In this document: positions 9,205-19,080 of the stretch, one piece after another
How the letters are laid out: every line of letters starts with the position of its first letter
Position numbering within the stretch: the first letter of the stretch is position 1
Source of the DNA: Chryseobacterium sp.
GTDB lineage: Bacteria > Bacteroidota > Bacteroidia > Flavobacteriales > Weeksellaceae
Reading direction: 5' to 3'
DNA: 64,000 nucleotides
NCBI GenBank assembly: GCA_048594965.1
Contig: JBMDXW010000242.1
Coordinates: 411-64,410 of the forward strand
Position numbers and translations under genes: made by a program
Notes under the pieces: generated by a model
Database searches by the model: none
What the model was told of the DNA's origin: nothing
The model's input: the letters and a program-made list of their open reading frames with translations, nothing else

Positions 9205-9972
9205 TTAGAAGCTGGGCCTTCTTTTTTCAAGAAAAGCTGCAACTCCTTCTTTTTTATCGCTCATGTCAAAAAGCTCTCCGAAATAGGTGATTTCGGTTTC
9301 AAAACCTTTATCCGAGTCTGATAAATTGACAGCGTGAATCGCTTTGGATATTGCCATCGGGGAATTTCCGGCAATAAGATGAGCTAATTCTCGTGTTTTG
9401 GTTAGTAGTTCTTCAATCGGGTATACTTCATTTACCAATCCGATTTCCTTTGCTTTTGCAGCGGGAACCATTTTGGCAGAGAAGATCATTTCATTGGCAA
9501 TACCTTTTCCTACAAGCTTCGGAAGCCTTTGGGTTCCGCCGTACCCCGGAATTAATCCTAAAGTCACTTCGGGAAGTCCCAGCTTTGCATTTTCCGATGC
9601 ATATCTGATGTGGCATGCCATGGCAAGCTCAAGACCACCGCCCAATGCAAATCCATTTACGGCAGCAATGACAGGCTTGGTCATATTTTCTATTTTGTTG
9701 AATAATGAGTTGTGTCCGTTCCTGGCAAGTTCTTCTGCTTTCTCCTGTCCGAAATCACTGAATTCTTTGATGTCGGCACCGGCAACGAAGGACTTTTCGC
9801 CACTCCCGGTCAGAATGATTACCCTGCATTCTGCGTCTGTATCCAATTCTTCCAGGGCAGAACCGAGCTCACTGATTGTTTTAGCATTTAAAGCATTTAA
9901 ACTTTCAGGGCGGTTGATGGTAATAATTGCTATTTTATTTTCCTTATTTAATAATATATTTTCGTAACTCAT
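9205..9972 (-). CDS. Enoyl-CoA hydratase (crotonase family)
   Basis: FVAGADIKEF and AAVNGFALGGGLELAMACHIR oxyanion-hole motifs. Start placed at MSYEN. Confidence 0.85.
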   Translation of the reverse strand: MSYENILLNKENKIAIITINRPESLNALNAKTISELGSALEELDTDAECRVIILTGSGEKSFVAGADIKEFSDFGQEKAEELARNGHNSLFNKIENMTKPVIAAVNGFALGGGLELAMACHIRYASENAKLGLPEVTLGLIPGYGGTQRLPKLVGKGIANEMIFSAKMVPAAKAKEIGLVNEVYPIEELLTKTRELAHLIAGNSPMAISKAIHAVNLSDSDKGFETEITYFGELFDMSDKKEGVAAFLEKRRPSF

Positions 9973-10079
9973 TTTCCTCATTAAAATATTATTCTCTGCA
10001 AATTATAAATTTTTTATAAAAAAAAGGAAAAAAAGTCAATATTTTTTCCTTTTAATTAAAAATTACGGGTTTATACTAA

Positions 10080-11567
10080 TTATTTGGAATGATTCATCAT
10101 ATTAGCGTCAATAACCACGTTAAGCTGAGTCGCCACCTTCATTCCCAGTTCGATATTGGCTCTGAAGAAATGGCACAACTGCCGGTTGATGATTTCATCC
10201 TTCTTAGGCCCCGTGATTCCCTGCATGCTTCCGACAATATTGTTTACGAGATTCTGCCGGTCTTCCGGGTTCATGGCTTTGGAGTATAATAATCCGGGCT
10301 GGGTGTAATGATCATCGTCATTTTCATTTCTGCTGTAGTTGGCTACATGAGCGCTGTCCAGCTCATATTCATAATTTTTGTACGATGGATCGGGTCTGAT
10401 CTCATCAAAGCTGTTCGGGTGGTAGTTCGGTTTGTCCTGATAGTGGCTGGAATCTGCCATGAAACCGTCTCTCTGGTAGTTGTTTACCGCGAAAGGACAT
10501 CGGTTGACTTCCAGGTGGTGCGCGTTTACGCCCACTCTGTAGCGGTGTGCATCAGGATAGGAAAATAATCTGCCCTGAAGCATCTTGTCCGGGGAAAAGC
10601 TGATCCCGTTGATGAGGTTGCTTGGCGAAAAAGTAGATTGTTCCACGTGGGCAAAGTAATTAACGGGAACTTCATTCAGTTCCATTTCTCCGACTTCAAT
10701 TAAAGGAAAGTCTCCCTGGAACCATACTTTGGTGATGTCAAAAGGATTCCATCTGAAATCTCTGGCCTGTTCCTCGGTCATCACCTGGATGTACATCGTC
10801 CATTTCGGGAAATTTCCTTCCTCGATCGCGTTGCACAGGTCCTCCTGGGCAAAGTCAGGGTTTTCTCCTGCCATTTTTACCGCTTCGGCATCCGTGAAAT
10901 TCTTGATGCCTTGTTTTGTTTTTAAATGGAATTTTACCCAGACTCTTTCATTTTTATCATTAATCATCGAGAAAGTGTGAGATCCGAAACCGTGCATGTG
11001 GCGGTATCCATAAGGTGTTCCCCTGTCAGACATCAAAATTAAAACCTGGTGCAGCGATTCGGGATTAAGGCTCCAGAAGTCCCACATCATCGTTGCGCTC
11101 TTGAGATTCGTTTTTGGAACTCTTTTTTGAGTATGGATAAAATCCGGGAATTTTTTAGCGTCTTTAATAAAAAAGACGGGCGTATTGTTTCCTACCAGGT
11201 CCCAGTTTCCGTCTTCGGTATAAAATTTTAAAGCAAATCCTCTGGGATCTCTGGCAGTGTCTGCGCTTCCTTTTTCACCTCCTACCGTAGAAAAACGGGC
11301 AAACATCCTGCATGAATTCCCGACTTTTGAAAATAGTTTCGCTTTGGTATATTGGCTGATGTCATGGGTTACGGTAAACGTTCCATAAGCACCGGTTCCT
11401 TTGGCATGAACAATTCTTTCCGGGATTCTTTCTCTTACAAAATGGGCGAGGTTTTCCTGTAAAACGAAATCCTGCAATAAAACCGGACCTCTGGGACCTA
11501 CGGTCTGAGAATCCTGATGCTCATAGTACGGAGCACCATTACTTAATGTTAATTTTTTAGAATCCAT
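10080..11567 (-). CDS. katA: Monofunctional heme catalase (small-subunit type)
   Basis: FVRERIPERIVHAKG and RFSTVGGEKGSADTARDPRGFALKFYT, with the proximal region RLFSYPDAHRYRVG. Confidence 0.95.
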   Translation of the reverse strand: MDSKKLTLSNGAPYYEHQDSQTVGPRGPVLLQDFVLQENLAHFVRERIPERIVHAKGTGAYGTFTVTHDISQYTKAKLFSKVGNSCRMFARFSTVGGEKGSADTARDPRGFALKFYTEDGNWDLVGNNTPVFFIKDAKKFPDFIHTQKRVPKTNLKSATMMWDFWSLNPESLHQVLILMSDRGTPYGYRHMHGFGSHTFSMINDKNERVWVKFHLKTKQGIKNFTDAEAVKMAGENPDFAQEDLCNAIEEGNFPKWTMYIQVMTEEQARDFRWNPFDITKVWFQGDFPLIEVGEMELNEVPVNYFAHVEQSTFSPSNLINGISFSPDKMLQGRLFSYPDAHRYRVGVNAHHLEVNRCPFAVNNYQRDGFMADSSHYQDKPNYHPNSFDEIRPDPSYKNYEYELDSAHVANYSRNENDDDHYTQPGLLYSKAMNPEDRQNLVNNIVGSMQGITGPKKDEIINRQLCHFFRANIELGMKVATQLNVVIDANMMNHSK

Positions 11568-11670
11568 ATACTTATGATTTGTTTTGCTGATATTGATCTT
11601 GAATCAGTTTATAATGACGTATTAAATATCAAATTTACTCTAATTTTTAATTACAAATAGCAAAAACGTT

Positions 11671-11689
11671 TTATCTTTGTCATAGATAA
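11671..11689. promoter_or_regulatory. Candidate LysR-type (T-N11-A) box in the katA-oxyR divergent spacer
   Basis: Inverted repeat TTATCT-N7-AGATAA (ATC-N9-GAT core) ending 11 nt before the oxyR ATG. Confidence 0.35.
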
Positions 11690-11699
11690 TATTAATCAG

Positions 11700-12650
11700 A
11701 TGAACATTCAGCAACTGGAGTACCTTATCGCTGTAGATAAGTATAAACATTTTGGAAAAGCAGCTCAGGCATGCTTTATTACGCAGCCTACGTTAAGTGC
11801 TATGATACAGAAATTTGAGGATGAACTGGATGTGAAGGTCTTTGACAGAACAACCCACCCGATCCGTACCACCGATGTAGGGCTTCAGATCATCGATCAG
11901 GCAAAGGTGATTATAGAATCTGTCAATGAACTGAAGAATAAAGCCAATCTTTTAAACAACATCCTGGGAGGTACCATCAATATCGGAATTATTCCTACGG
12001 TTTCATCGTTTATCCTGCCTACCGAAATCTTTAAATTTCTGGAAGACAATCCGAAAATTCAGATGAATGTAAAGGAAATGACGACGGATAATATTATCAA
12101 GGCTTTAAAGGCCGGCGAGCTGGATGCAGGAATTATTTCTACTCCTTACGATTCTGCAGACGAATTTTATCAGGATTTCTTATTTAATGAAGAATTAATG
12201 ATTTACAGCTCAGATACGGAAGCGAACAAGAAAAACTCTTATGTGGTTCCTGAAGAGCTCAACGTAGAAAAAGTATGGCTTCTCGAAGAAGGAAACTGCC
12301 TGAGAAATCAGTTTGAAAATATTTGCCATCTGAAGGAAAATACCTTAAAACCTAAAAATTTAGACTTCCTGGCTTCCAATATCCAGACGTTGGTTCATAT
12401 GGTGGATAAAGTCGGGGGAATAAGCATTCTTCCGGAGCTTGCCCTGAGCCAGCTGTCTGAAAAGCAGAAAGAAAATGTCTTCAGGTTCAAAAAACCTTTC
12501 CCGTACAGGGAGATCAGCATTATCTATTATAAGCCGACCTTCAAGCAGAAGATCATTGACGAATTATCGCATTCCATCCGAACATCTTTAGAGAAAAAAC
12601 TGAATTACCACGAAAATCCCAAAGAATTCGTAAGCATAAAACCGCAATAG
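11700..12650 (+). CDS. oxyR: LysR-family peroxide sensor/regulator OxyR
   Basis: N-terminal wHTH YKHFGKAAQACFITQPTLSAMIQKFE. Redox cysteine pair EEGNCLRNQFENIC has the same C-X8-C spacing as E. coli OxyR C199/C208. Divergent from the catalase gene. Confidence 0.8.
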   Translation: MNIQQLEYLIAVDKYKHFGKAAQACFITQPTLSAMIQKFEDELDVKVFDRTTHPIRTTDVGLQIIDQAKVIIESVNELKNKANLLNNILGGTINIGIIPTVSSFILPTEIFKFLEDNPKIQMNVKEMTTDNIIKALKAGELDAGIISTPYDSADEFYQDFLFNEELMIYSSDTEANKKNSYVVPEELNVEKVWLLEEGNCLRNQFENICHLKENTLKPKNLDFLASNIQTLVHMVDKVGGISILPELALSQLSEKQKENVFRFKKPFPYREISIIYYKPTFKQKIIDELSHSIRTSLEKKLNYHENPKEFVSIKPQ

Positions 12651-12887
12651 TTTTTTATCGTTAAAGATTTGATAAACCGTTAATTTCAAGAAAATTATAA
12701 TTCGTAAGCAAAAATTTGAGTATTAAAAAAATAGTACTTAAATTTGCCCACGTTTACGAACGAGGAAAAATTTGACCTGATTGCAACCTCTATAAAAAAA
12801 TGCTAAAACAGTATTTCTTTTTAGCCTTTCCGACAATTATTCATATTTTTTCTCGTGAATTTTAATCTTAAAAACAAATAGAATAAT

Positions 12888-14168
12888 ATGTCTTATTTAT
12901 TTACGTCTGAATCCGTTTCAGAAGGACATCCGGATAAAATTGCCGATCAGATTTCTGATGCATTAATCGATCATTTTTTAGCGTATGATAAATCTTCAAA
13001 AGTGGCTTGTGAAACACTTGTTACGACTGGGCAGGTGGTACTTGCAGGTGAGGTAAAATCTGATGCTTATCTTGATGTTCAGACGATCGCCAGAGAAGTG
13101 ATCAACGGAATCGGGTATACGAAGGGAGAATATATGTTTAACGGCGATTCCTGCGGGGTGATTTCAGCAATTCATGAGCAGTCTCCGGATATTAACCAGG
13201 GAGTAGACCGAGCTGTGGAAGACGGATCTTTTGAGGCTAAAGCCAATGCACAGGGAGCCGGAGACCAGGGAATGATGTTCGGGTATGCCACCAATGAAAC
13301 GGCCAATTATATGCCTTTGGCACTCGATCTTGCCCATACTATCCTTAAAGAACTTTCAGGTCTGAGAAGAGAAAATACTGAGATCAAATATCTTCGTCCG
13401 GATGCAAAAAGCCAGGTGACCATCGAATATTCTGATGACCATAAGCCGGTAAGAATCGATTCTATCGTGGTTTCTACCCAGCATGATGATTTCGGGTCGG
13501 AAGAAGAAATGCTGAACAGAATCAGAGAAGATATCAAAAATATTCTGATCCCACGGGTGGTGGCGTTGCAGTCTGATGAGATTAAAGCTTTATTTAATGA
13601 TCAGATCAAATATCACATCAATCCTACCGGAAAGTTTGTGATCGGAGGACCTCACGGAGACACAGGTCTTACAGGAAGAAAGATCATTGTCGATACGTAC
13701 GGAGGGAAAGGAGCTCACGGTGGTGGTGCTTTCTCAGGGAAAGATCCTTCGAAAGTAGACCGAAGCGCAGCGTATGCAACGAGGCATATTGCTAAAAATC
13801 TCGTGGCCGCAGGGGTTGCAGATGAGGTTTTGGTACAGGTTTCTTATGCCATTGGGGTGGCAGAGCCTTGCGGATTGTACATCAATACTTACGGAACGGC
13901 AAAAGTTGATCTTCACGACGGAGCCATTGCGAAGAAAGTTTCTGAAATTTTTGACCTGAGACCTTACGCGATCGAGCACAACCTTAAATTGAGAAATCCG
14001 ATTTACCAGGAAACAGCGTCTTACGGACACATGGGGAAAGAACATTATGTAGCGGATAAAACGTTCAATAAAGGACACAAAAATGAGCTTACCCTTACTG
14101 GTTTAGAGTTCTTTACGTGGGAAAAATTAGACAAAGTAGATGAAATTAAAGCCTCTTTCGGGATTTAA
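12888..14168 (+). CDS. metK: S-adenosylmethionine synthetase
   Basis: [33 protein letters not shown] and [19 protein letters not shown]. Confidence 0.97.
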   Translation: MSYLFTSESVSEGHPDKIADQISDALIDHFLAYDKSSKVACETLVTTGQVVLAGEVKSDAYLDVQTIAREVINGIGYTKGEYMFNGDSCGVISAIHEQSPDINQGVDRAVEDGSFEAKANAQGAGDQGMMFGYATNETANYMPLALDLAHTILKELSGLRRENTEIKYLRPDAKSQVTIEYSDDHKPVRIDSIVVSTQHDDFGSEEEMLNRIREDIKNILIPRVVALQSDEIKALFNDQIKYHINPTGKFVIGGPHGDTGLTGRKIIVDTYGGKGAHGGGAFSGKDPSKVDRSAAYATRHIAKNLVAAGVADEVLVQVSYAIGVAEPCGLYINTYGTAKVDLHDGAIAKKVSEIFDLRPYAIEHNLKLRNPIYQETASYGHMGKEHYVADKTFNKGHKNELTLTGLEFFTWEKLDKVDEIKASFGI

Positions 14169-14194
14169 TTTTCAAAACTTATATCATCAAACAG

Positions 14195-14227
14195 CTGCTT
14201 TATCTCTCAGATAAGGCAGTTTTTTTT
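14195..14227 (+). terminator. Rho-independent terminator after metK
   Basis: CTGCTTTATCT-CTC-AGATAAGGCAG hairpin (11 bp, one G-U pair) followed by a T8 run. Confidence 0.8.
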
Positions 14228-14251
14228 AAATTTACATATAAATAGTATATA

Positions 14252-14743
14252 ATGGATAAAGCAAAATTTGCTCTCACGGTGCTTGCCGTATTTTTTCTAA
14301 GTACCTTTTCTAAGGCACAGCTGACGGTGCATAAAATGATAACTGTAGGATATACTTACCAAAATCAGAGTTTTGGCGAGGTGGGCGGAAAACTGCTTTT
14401 TCTTAAAAATGACGATGTAATTTACCGTCTGGGAGCTACTGCGCTCATGGGTTCTGCGAATTCCAAATTTGCCATTATGCCGAAAGTTTCTGCTGATGTT
14501 TTGCTGAACTTCCAAAAGGATGTGGATTTTTATCATTCTTATTATTTTTTAATAGGCGCTGAGGGAACCAACAAATATGTTGCTCCAAAAGTCGGTTTTA
14601 CACTTTTTGGAATGCTTGATCTTACGGGAGGCTATGCTTTTCCGGTTGGAAACAGCGGAATAAACGGCAAAGAACTCAAAGGTCTGAATGTTAATTTTAC
14701 ACTAAATATCCCTACTGTATTGATTCACGACATGTTTAATTGA
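14252..14743 (+). CDS. Secreted hypothetical protein, possibly a small beta-barrel
   Basis: Signal peptide LAVFFLSTFSKAQ and a beta-strand-like alternation. No recognisable motif. Confidence 0.4.
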   Translation: MDKAKFALTVLAVFFLSTFSKAQLTVHKMITVGYTYQNQSFGEVGGKLLFLKNDDVIYRLGATALMGSANSKFAIMPKVSADVLLNFQKDVDFYHSYYFLIGAEGTNKYVAPKVGFTLFGMLDLTGGYAFPVGNSGINGKELKGLNVNFTLNIPTVLIHDMFN

Positions 14744-14938
14744 TTTTTTTTAATTTTTTCTCTTAAAAATTTAATAATAGGTTAACAGTTATTAAAAAAT
14801 TATTATATTTACATCATTAAAAATTGTATCCGCCTATTGATTAGACTTTACTCTGAAGAATTGTTTTGTATTTACAGCTGAAGCCAGGTAAAATATCTGG
14901 AAAATGTTTTATCAGCAAAAATAGTATTGAGAAGAGTT

Positions 14939-15529
14939 ATGAAATCAAAATCGGATAGTTTACTAATTTCCCTTTATCAAAAAGGAGACGAAGAGGCGTT
15001 GTCTACCCTTATTCACCGCCACCAAAGAGAACTGTTTACATTCATTTTTTACAAAATTAATGATGAAGATCTGGCAAATGATGTTTTTCAGGATACATTC
15101 ATGAAAATAATCGTTATGCTGAAAGAAGGACGTTATAACGAAGAAGGAAAATTCATTCTGTGGGCCAAAAGAATCGCTTACAATCTTATTATCGACCATT
15201 TCAGGGCAAAATCAAAAAATATTAAAGTTTCTGAAACTACTTTTGAGACCGACGAATATTCTATTTTTGACCTCCTGAAAGAGCCTTCCGAAAATATCGA
15301 AGACCAGTTGGTGACCAACCAGATCCAGGAAGATCTTTTAAGGATGCTCGAGTTTCTGCCTGAAAATCAGCAGGAAGTCATCAGGTTGAGATTTTTTGAC
15401 GGGTTAAGTTTTAAAGAAATCGCCGATCATACCGATATGAGTATCAATACCACACTGGGCAGAGTACGGTATGCGCTCATCAACCTGAGAAAAATCATGG
15501 AAGAAAATCACATTGTGTTGACACGGTAG
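14939..15529 (+). CDS. RNA polymerase sigma-70 family (ECF-like) factor
   Basis: Region 2 DVFQDTFMKIIVML...WAKRIAYNLIIDHFR, and region 4 QQEVIRLRFFDGLSFKEIADHTDMSINTTLGRVRYAL. ATG at 14939 preferred over the track's TTG at 14927. Confidence 0.85.
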   Translation: MKSKSDSLLISLYQKGDEEALSTLIHRHQRELFTFIFYKINDEDLANDVFQDTFMKIIVMLKEGRYNEEGKFILWAKRIAYNLIIDHFRAKSKNIKVSETTFETDEYSIFDLLKEPSENIEDQLVTNQIQEDLLRMLEFLPENQQEVIRLRFFDGLSFKEIADHTDMSINTTLGRVRYALINLRKIMEENHIVLTR

Positions 15530-15577
15530 ATAATAATTTCGGAAAATTCTCGTTTTAAGGAAAACATTTAATCGCCT

Positions 15578-15712
15578 ATGAGAAAAAATGATTCCTTAAA
15601 AGTGAAAACTTTGAAACCAAAAAAACAAACGATTGAGTTTCTGCTCAATTTTTCGAAGAATCTTGGGGTTGTAAAAACCAAGAACAAGAATTATCCGATT
15701 TCCAAAAATTAA
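15578..15712 (+). CDS. Candidate 44-aa basic small protein downstream of the sigma factor
   Basis: ATG...TAA frame read by hand: MRKNDSLKVKTLKPKKQTIEFLLNFSKNLGVVKTKNKNYPISKN. Below the ORF-track cutoff. It fills a gap that would otherwise be 200 nt. Confidence 0.25.
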   Translation: MRKNDSLKVKTLKPKKQTIEFLLNFSKNLGVVKTKNKNYPISKN

Positions 15713-15729
15713 AATTAATTTTGTGCTGT

Positions 15730-16425
15730 ATGAAAATTCAGCACATTTTTTTTGATCTCGACAATACCCTGTGGGATCACCGTAGAAATGCCTACCTTAC
15801 CATCAAAGACCTTTTTGAAAAAGAAGAGATTACTCTAAGATATAACATTGATTTTGAAGAGTTTCATTCTGTTTATCATGAGATCAATGAAAAACTCTGG
15901 GAAGATATCCGGGACGGGCTCATTGATAAAGAATACCTCAGAAAGCACAGGTTTTATGATACCTTTAAATATTTCGGGGTCAACGATGAAAAACTGTCAA
16001 TGTATTTTGAGGAACATTTTCTGGACAGAATTCTCAGCTACAATCAATTGGTAGAAGGCGCAGAATATATTTTAGATTATCTCAAGGCTAAAAATTATAC
16101 TTTACATATCGTTTCCAACGGCTTCAAGGAAGTTACGGAAAGAAAATGTATCCTGTCAGGAATTGATAAGTATTTCCAGACCATTACCAGCGCCGATACC
16201 GTAGGTGTCAGAAAACCAAGACCTGAAATTTTCGAATATTCCTTGTATAAAGCCGGTGCTGAAAAAGAAAACAGCCTGTTGGTTGGCGACGACTGGATTG
16301 CGGATGTCGTCGGCGCACAGAATTTCGGAATGGAGGTTATCTTCTTTGATGTTTTAAATGAAAACCCTCAGCAGGAAGGACTCAAAAAGATTAAACATCT
16401 TCTGCAGATAAAAGAATATCTTTAA
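15730..16425 (+). CDS. HAD-superfamily hydrolase (YjjG-like nucleotidase type)
   Basis: Motif I FFDLDNTLWDH, motif II HIVSNG and motif IV VGDDWIADVVGA. ATG at 15730 preferred over the TTG at 15721. Confidence 0.8.
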   Translation: MKIQHIFFDLDNTLWDHRRNAYLTIKDLFEKEEITLRYNIDFEEFHSVYHEINEKLWEDIRDGLIDKEYLRKHRFYDTFKYFGVNDEKLSMYFEEHFLDRILSYNQLVEGAEYILDYLKAKNYTLHIVSNGFKEVTERKCILSGIDKYFQTITSADTVGVRKPRPEIFEYSLYKAGAEKENSLLVGDDWIADVVGAQNFGMEVIFFDVLNENPQQEGLKKIKHLLQIKEYL

Positions 16426-16430
16426 AAAAG

Positions 16431-16459
16431 CTTCGGCGGCACCAAAGGTGCCGCCGAAG
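16431..16459. terminator. Bidirectional terminator between the convergent HAD gene and trpS
   Basis: Perfect 13-bp stem CTTCGGCGGCACC-AAA-GGTGCCGCCGAAG, flanked by an A-run (5') and a T-run (3'). Confidence 0.85.
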
Positions 16460-16485
16460 TTTTATATTGAGGATAAAGACTTCTC

Positions 16486-17454
16486 CTAAAGTCCTAAACT
16501 TTCACGTACTCTTCCGATTGTTTCCATAGCAATCATTCTGGTTTTTGCTGCACCTTCCCGGAGTTTTGCCTCGAGCTCGTCAAGATTACTCATGTAATAC
16601 GAAAAGAGTTCTCTTTCTTTGGCAAATCGGTTGAGAATAAGATCCAAAAGTTCTTTTTTTGCATGCCCGTACCCGAAGTTTCCAGCCAGATATTTTGCTC
16701 TTAATTCTTCCGTCTGTTCAGTGGTTGCAATTAATTGATAAATAGCAAATACCTTGTCTGTTTCAGGATCTTTCGGCTCTTCCAGTGATTTGGAATCGGT
16801 TTCGATACTCATCACCTGTTTTTTCAGTTCCTTTTCAGGTAAGAAAATATTGATGATGTTTCCTCTTGATTTAGACATTTTATGGCCATCGATCCCTGGA
16901 ACGTACTTCGTGTTTTCCTGCAGTTCAGACTGAGGCAAAACAAAAACTTCACCCATTTGATTATTAAATCTGGAAGCTACGTCTCGTGCGATTTCCAAAT
17001 GCTGAAGCTGGTCTTTTCCTACCGGAACGATTTCAGCGTCGTACAGTAAAATATCGGCAGCCATCAGAATCGGGTAGGTGAATAATCCCGCATTTACATC
17101 CTGCAGCCGGTCTGCTTTGTCTTTGAAAGAATGCGCCAGCGTAAGTCGCTGATACGGAAAAAAACATGATAAATGCCAAGAAAGTTCACAGGTTTCAGGG
17201 ATGTCACTCTGCCTGTAAAAGTATGTTTTTTCGGTGTCGAGCCCACAAGCAAGCCAAGCCGCAGCAATTTCGTAGGTGTTTTGTTTAAGTTCCTTTGCAT
17301 CTTTAATCTGGGTTAAAGAATGAAGATTCGCAATAAATAAAAAAGACTCATTCCCTTCCTGTCTGGATAGCTCAATTGCAGGAATAATAGCACCCAGTAA
17401 ATTCCCGAGGTGCGGGGTGCCGGTGGCTTGTATGCCGGTAAGAATTCTTGACAT
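16486..17454 (-). CDS. trpS: Tryptophan--tRNA ligase
   Basis: TGIQATGTPHLGNLLG (HIGH-type motif), KMSKS and VPVGKDQLQHLE. Confidence 0.95.
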   Translation of the reverse strand: MSRILTGIQATGTPHLGNLLGAIIPAIELSRQEGNESFLFIANLHSLTQIKDAKELKQNTYEIAAAWLACGLDTEKTYFYRQSDIPETCELSWHLSCFFPYQRLTLAHSFKDKADRLQDVNAGLFTYPILMAADILLYDAEIVPVGKDQLQHLEIARDVASRFNNQMGEVFVLPQSELQENTKYVPGIDGHKMSKSRGNIINIFLPEKELKKQVMSIETDSKSLEEPKDPETDKVFAIYQLIATTEQTEELRAKYLAGNFGYGHAKKELLDLILNRFAKERELFSYYMSNLDELEAKLREGAAKTRMIAMETIGRVRESLGL

Positions 17455-17781
17455 TGTTTTTACAATTTATATTTAAAATTATTGAACTGCAAATTTAATC
17501 AATTCTTCAAAAGATCGTGCAGTGTAACCATAAGTTTAAATTTTGTTCAGATCGATCTGCTATTGATTTTTCTTAATTTTCTAAACCTAAAATAAACTTT
17601 GTTTATTCTTAACTTGAACAGTAATAGTTGTTTATTTTCAGAAAGTAAATTTCTGTGTACTGAATGAAGCAGAATTAAGATCATGAATTGATAAGCCCTA
17701 TGCCCTTAAATTCTTAATGTTAAAAAAAAAGTAATGATTAATCACCCAGAGGAAACAAGATACCCTGAGTGGAAATAGGTA

Positions 17782-18426
17782 TTAAGGAATCTCAATCTTC
17801 TTCCCGCCAAACTTCGGCTCGACGCCAGTTATCAGATCCAGATAGGCCTTTGCCTTAGCCAGATATTCTCTCATATTGGTTTTGAACCCGGCGTATTTAT
17901 TCACATCTTCAGCATTAAACCCGAAAGCTTCCATTCCATACTTTCTTGCGAGAAGTACCGCTCTCTCATTATGGAATTTCTGGGAAACAATAATGATTTT
18001 ATGCTGCCCGAAAATTTCTTTCGCCCTTACCACGGAATCCAGGGTTCTGAACCCGGCAAAGTCCAGGAAAATTTTATCTTTGGGAATTCCATGCTCCATT
18101 AAGGCAAACTGCATGTCTTCAGGTTCGTTGTAGTCTTTCCTGCTGTTGTCTCCGCTGACGATGATGTACTTTATTTTCCCGCTTTTGTAAAGTTCTGCTG
18201 CGGCATAAATCCTGTTGTAGAAATAAGCATTGGGAAAACCGTTATTCAGCGATTTGCTGGTGCCCAGAAGCAATGCCGTTTTTGCTTCCGGAAGATCTTC
18301 CGTATGGTAAGAGGTATAAGGATTGCTATTTGCCTTGATGCTGTAATTGGCCCACACCATAAAAATAATTCCTGCGACAAATAGAAGCAGGAAAATTTTT
18401 AAAATATTTTTGATAATTTTTTTCAT
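17782..18426 (-). CDS. SanA/YdcF-family (DUF218) membrane-anchored protein
   Basis: N-terminal TM segment. YIIVSGDN...YNEPEDM and IIIVSQKFHNERA are typical of SanA-like proteins. Confidence 0.75.
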   Translation of the reverse strand: MKKIIKNILKIFLLLFVAGIIFMVWANYSIKANSNPYTSYHTEDLPEAKTALLLGTSKSLNNGFPNAYFYNRIYAAAELYKSGKIKYIIVSGDNSRKDYNEPEDMQFALMEHGIPKDKIFLDFAGFRTLDSVVRAKEIFGQHKIIIVSQKFHNERAVLLARKYGMEAFGFNAEDVNKYAGFKTNMREYLAKAKAYLDLITGVEPKFGGKKIEIP

Positions 18427-18441
18427 CGCATGAAAATATCT

Positions 18442-19080
18442 TTAAAATTCCAGTCCGTTCGGAAATGCCTTTTTTCTGAAAATCAATAAAAGGGCAGCTC
18501 CTACAGTGATCGCAGAATCGGCAACATTAAAGATATATTTGAAAAACTCAATGTGCTTTCCGCCGATCACCGGCCAGCTTTCAGGAACGTTCCAGTCTAC
18601 AAGAGGGAAATGAAGCATGTCGACAACGCAGCCTTTCATAAAAGAAGAATACCCCTGTCCGAAAGGAACAAATTTGGACACGCCGCCGTAGCCGATCCAT
18701 TGGTTGACATTTTCATCGTAAACCATTCCGCTGTCGAAGATTAATCCATAGAACATCCCGTCAATTAAGTTTCCTATCGCTCCGGCAAAGATCATCGCCA
18801 TAGGAATCAGCAGGTAATTCGATTCACCTTTCTGCAGCCATTTTCTGAAAAGGTAAATCATCCCTCCGATCAGGAAAACCCTTACCAACACGAGGAAATA
18901 TTTGCCGATAATTCCCCCGAAATGCAGCCCGTAAGCCATTCCCGGGTTTTCTACAAAAGTTATCTTGAACCCAGGAAAAATATCTTTAAAGCCATTAAGT
19001 TCAAAATGAGTCTTTACATAAATTTTTGATACCTGATCGATCAATAAAATAAGAAAAGTGACAAGTACGATCTTCTTCAT
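18442..19080 (-). CDS. lspA: Lipoprotein signal peptidase (signal peptidase II)
   Basis: DQVSKIYV, VENPGMAYG and the catalytic Asp regions GNLIDG and FNVADSAI. Four TM segments. Confidence 0.85.
   Translation of the reverse strand: MKKIVLVTFLILLIDQVSKIYVKTHFELNGFKDIFPGFKITFVENPGMAYGLHFGGIIGKYFLVLVRVFLIGGMIYLFRKWLQKGESNYLLIPMAMIFAGAIGNLIDGMFYGLIFDSGMVYDENVNQWIGYGGVSKFVPFGQGYSSFMKGCVVDMLHFPLVDWNVPESWPVIGGKHIEFFKYIFNVADSAITVGAALLLIFRKKAFPNGLEF

Noticed and set aside
9398-9967. 189-aa ORF antisense to the enoyl-CoA hydratase gene. The same applies to the other long antisense ORFs in the track: 2616-3146, 4058-4459, 20278-20697, 33217-33717 and 51499-51882.
   Set aside because: Each lies entirely inside, and opposite to, a gene with strong family motifs. 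The translations are low-complexity (Ser/Pro/Phe/Leu-rich) with no motifs. These are typical shadow ORFs.
10017-10054. A/T-only hairpin AAAAGGAAAAAA...TTTTTTCCTTTT downstream of the catalase gene, as a terminator
   Set aside because: The stem is almost entirely A-T with two G-C pairs. It is plausible but too weak to list as a feature.
17455-17781. 327-bp A+T-rich spacer upstream of trpS, as a possible leader, T-box or ncRNA
   Set aside because: I found no stable stems and no conserved-looking G+C-rich core. T-box leaders are not expected in Bacteroidota. It is most simply a promoter region plus the 3' flank of the sanA-like gene.
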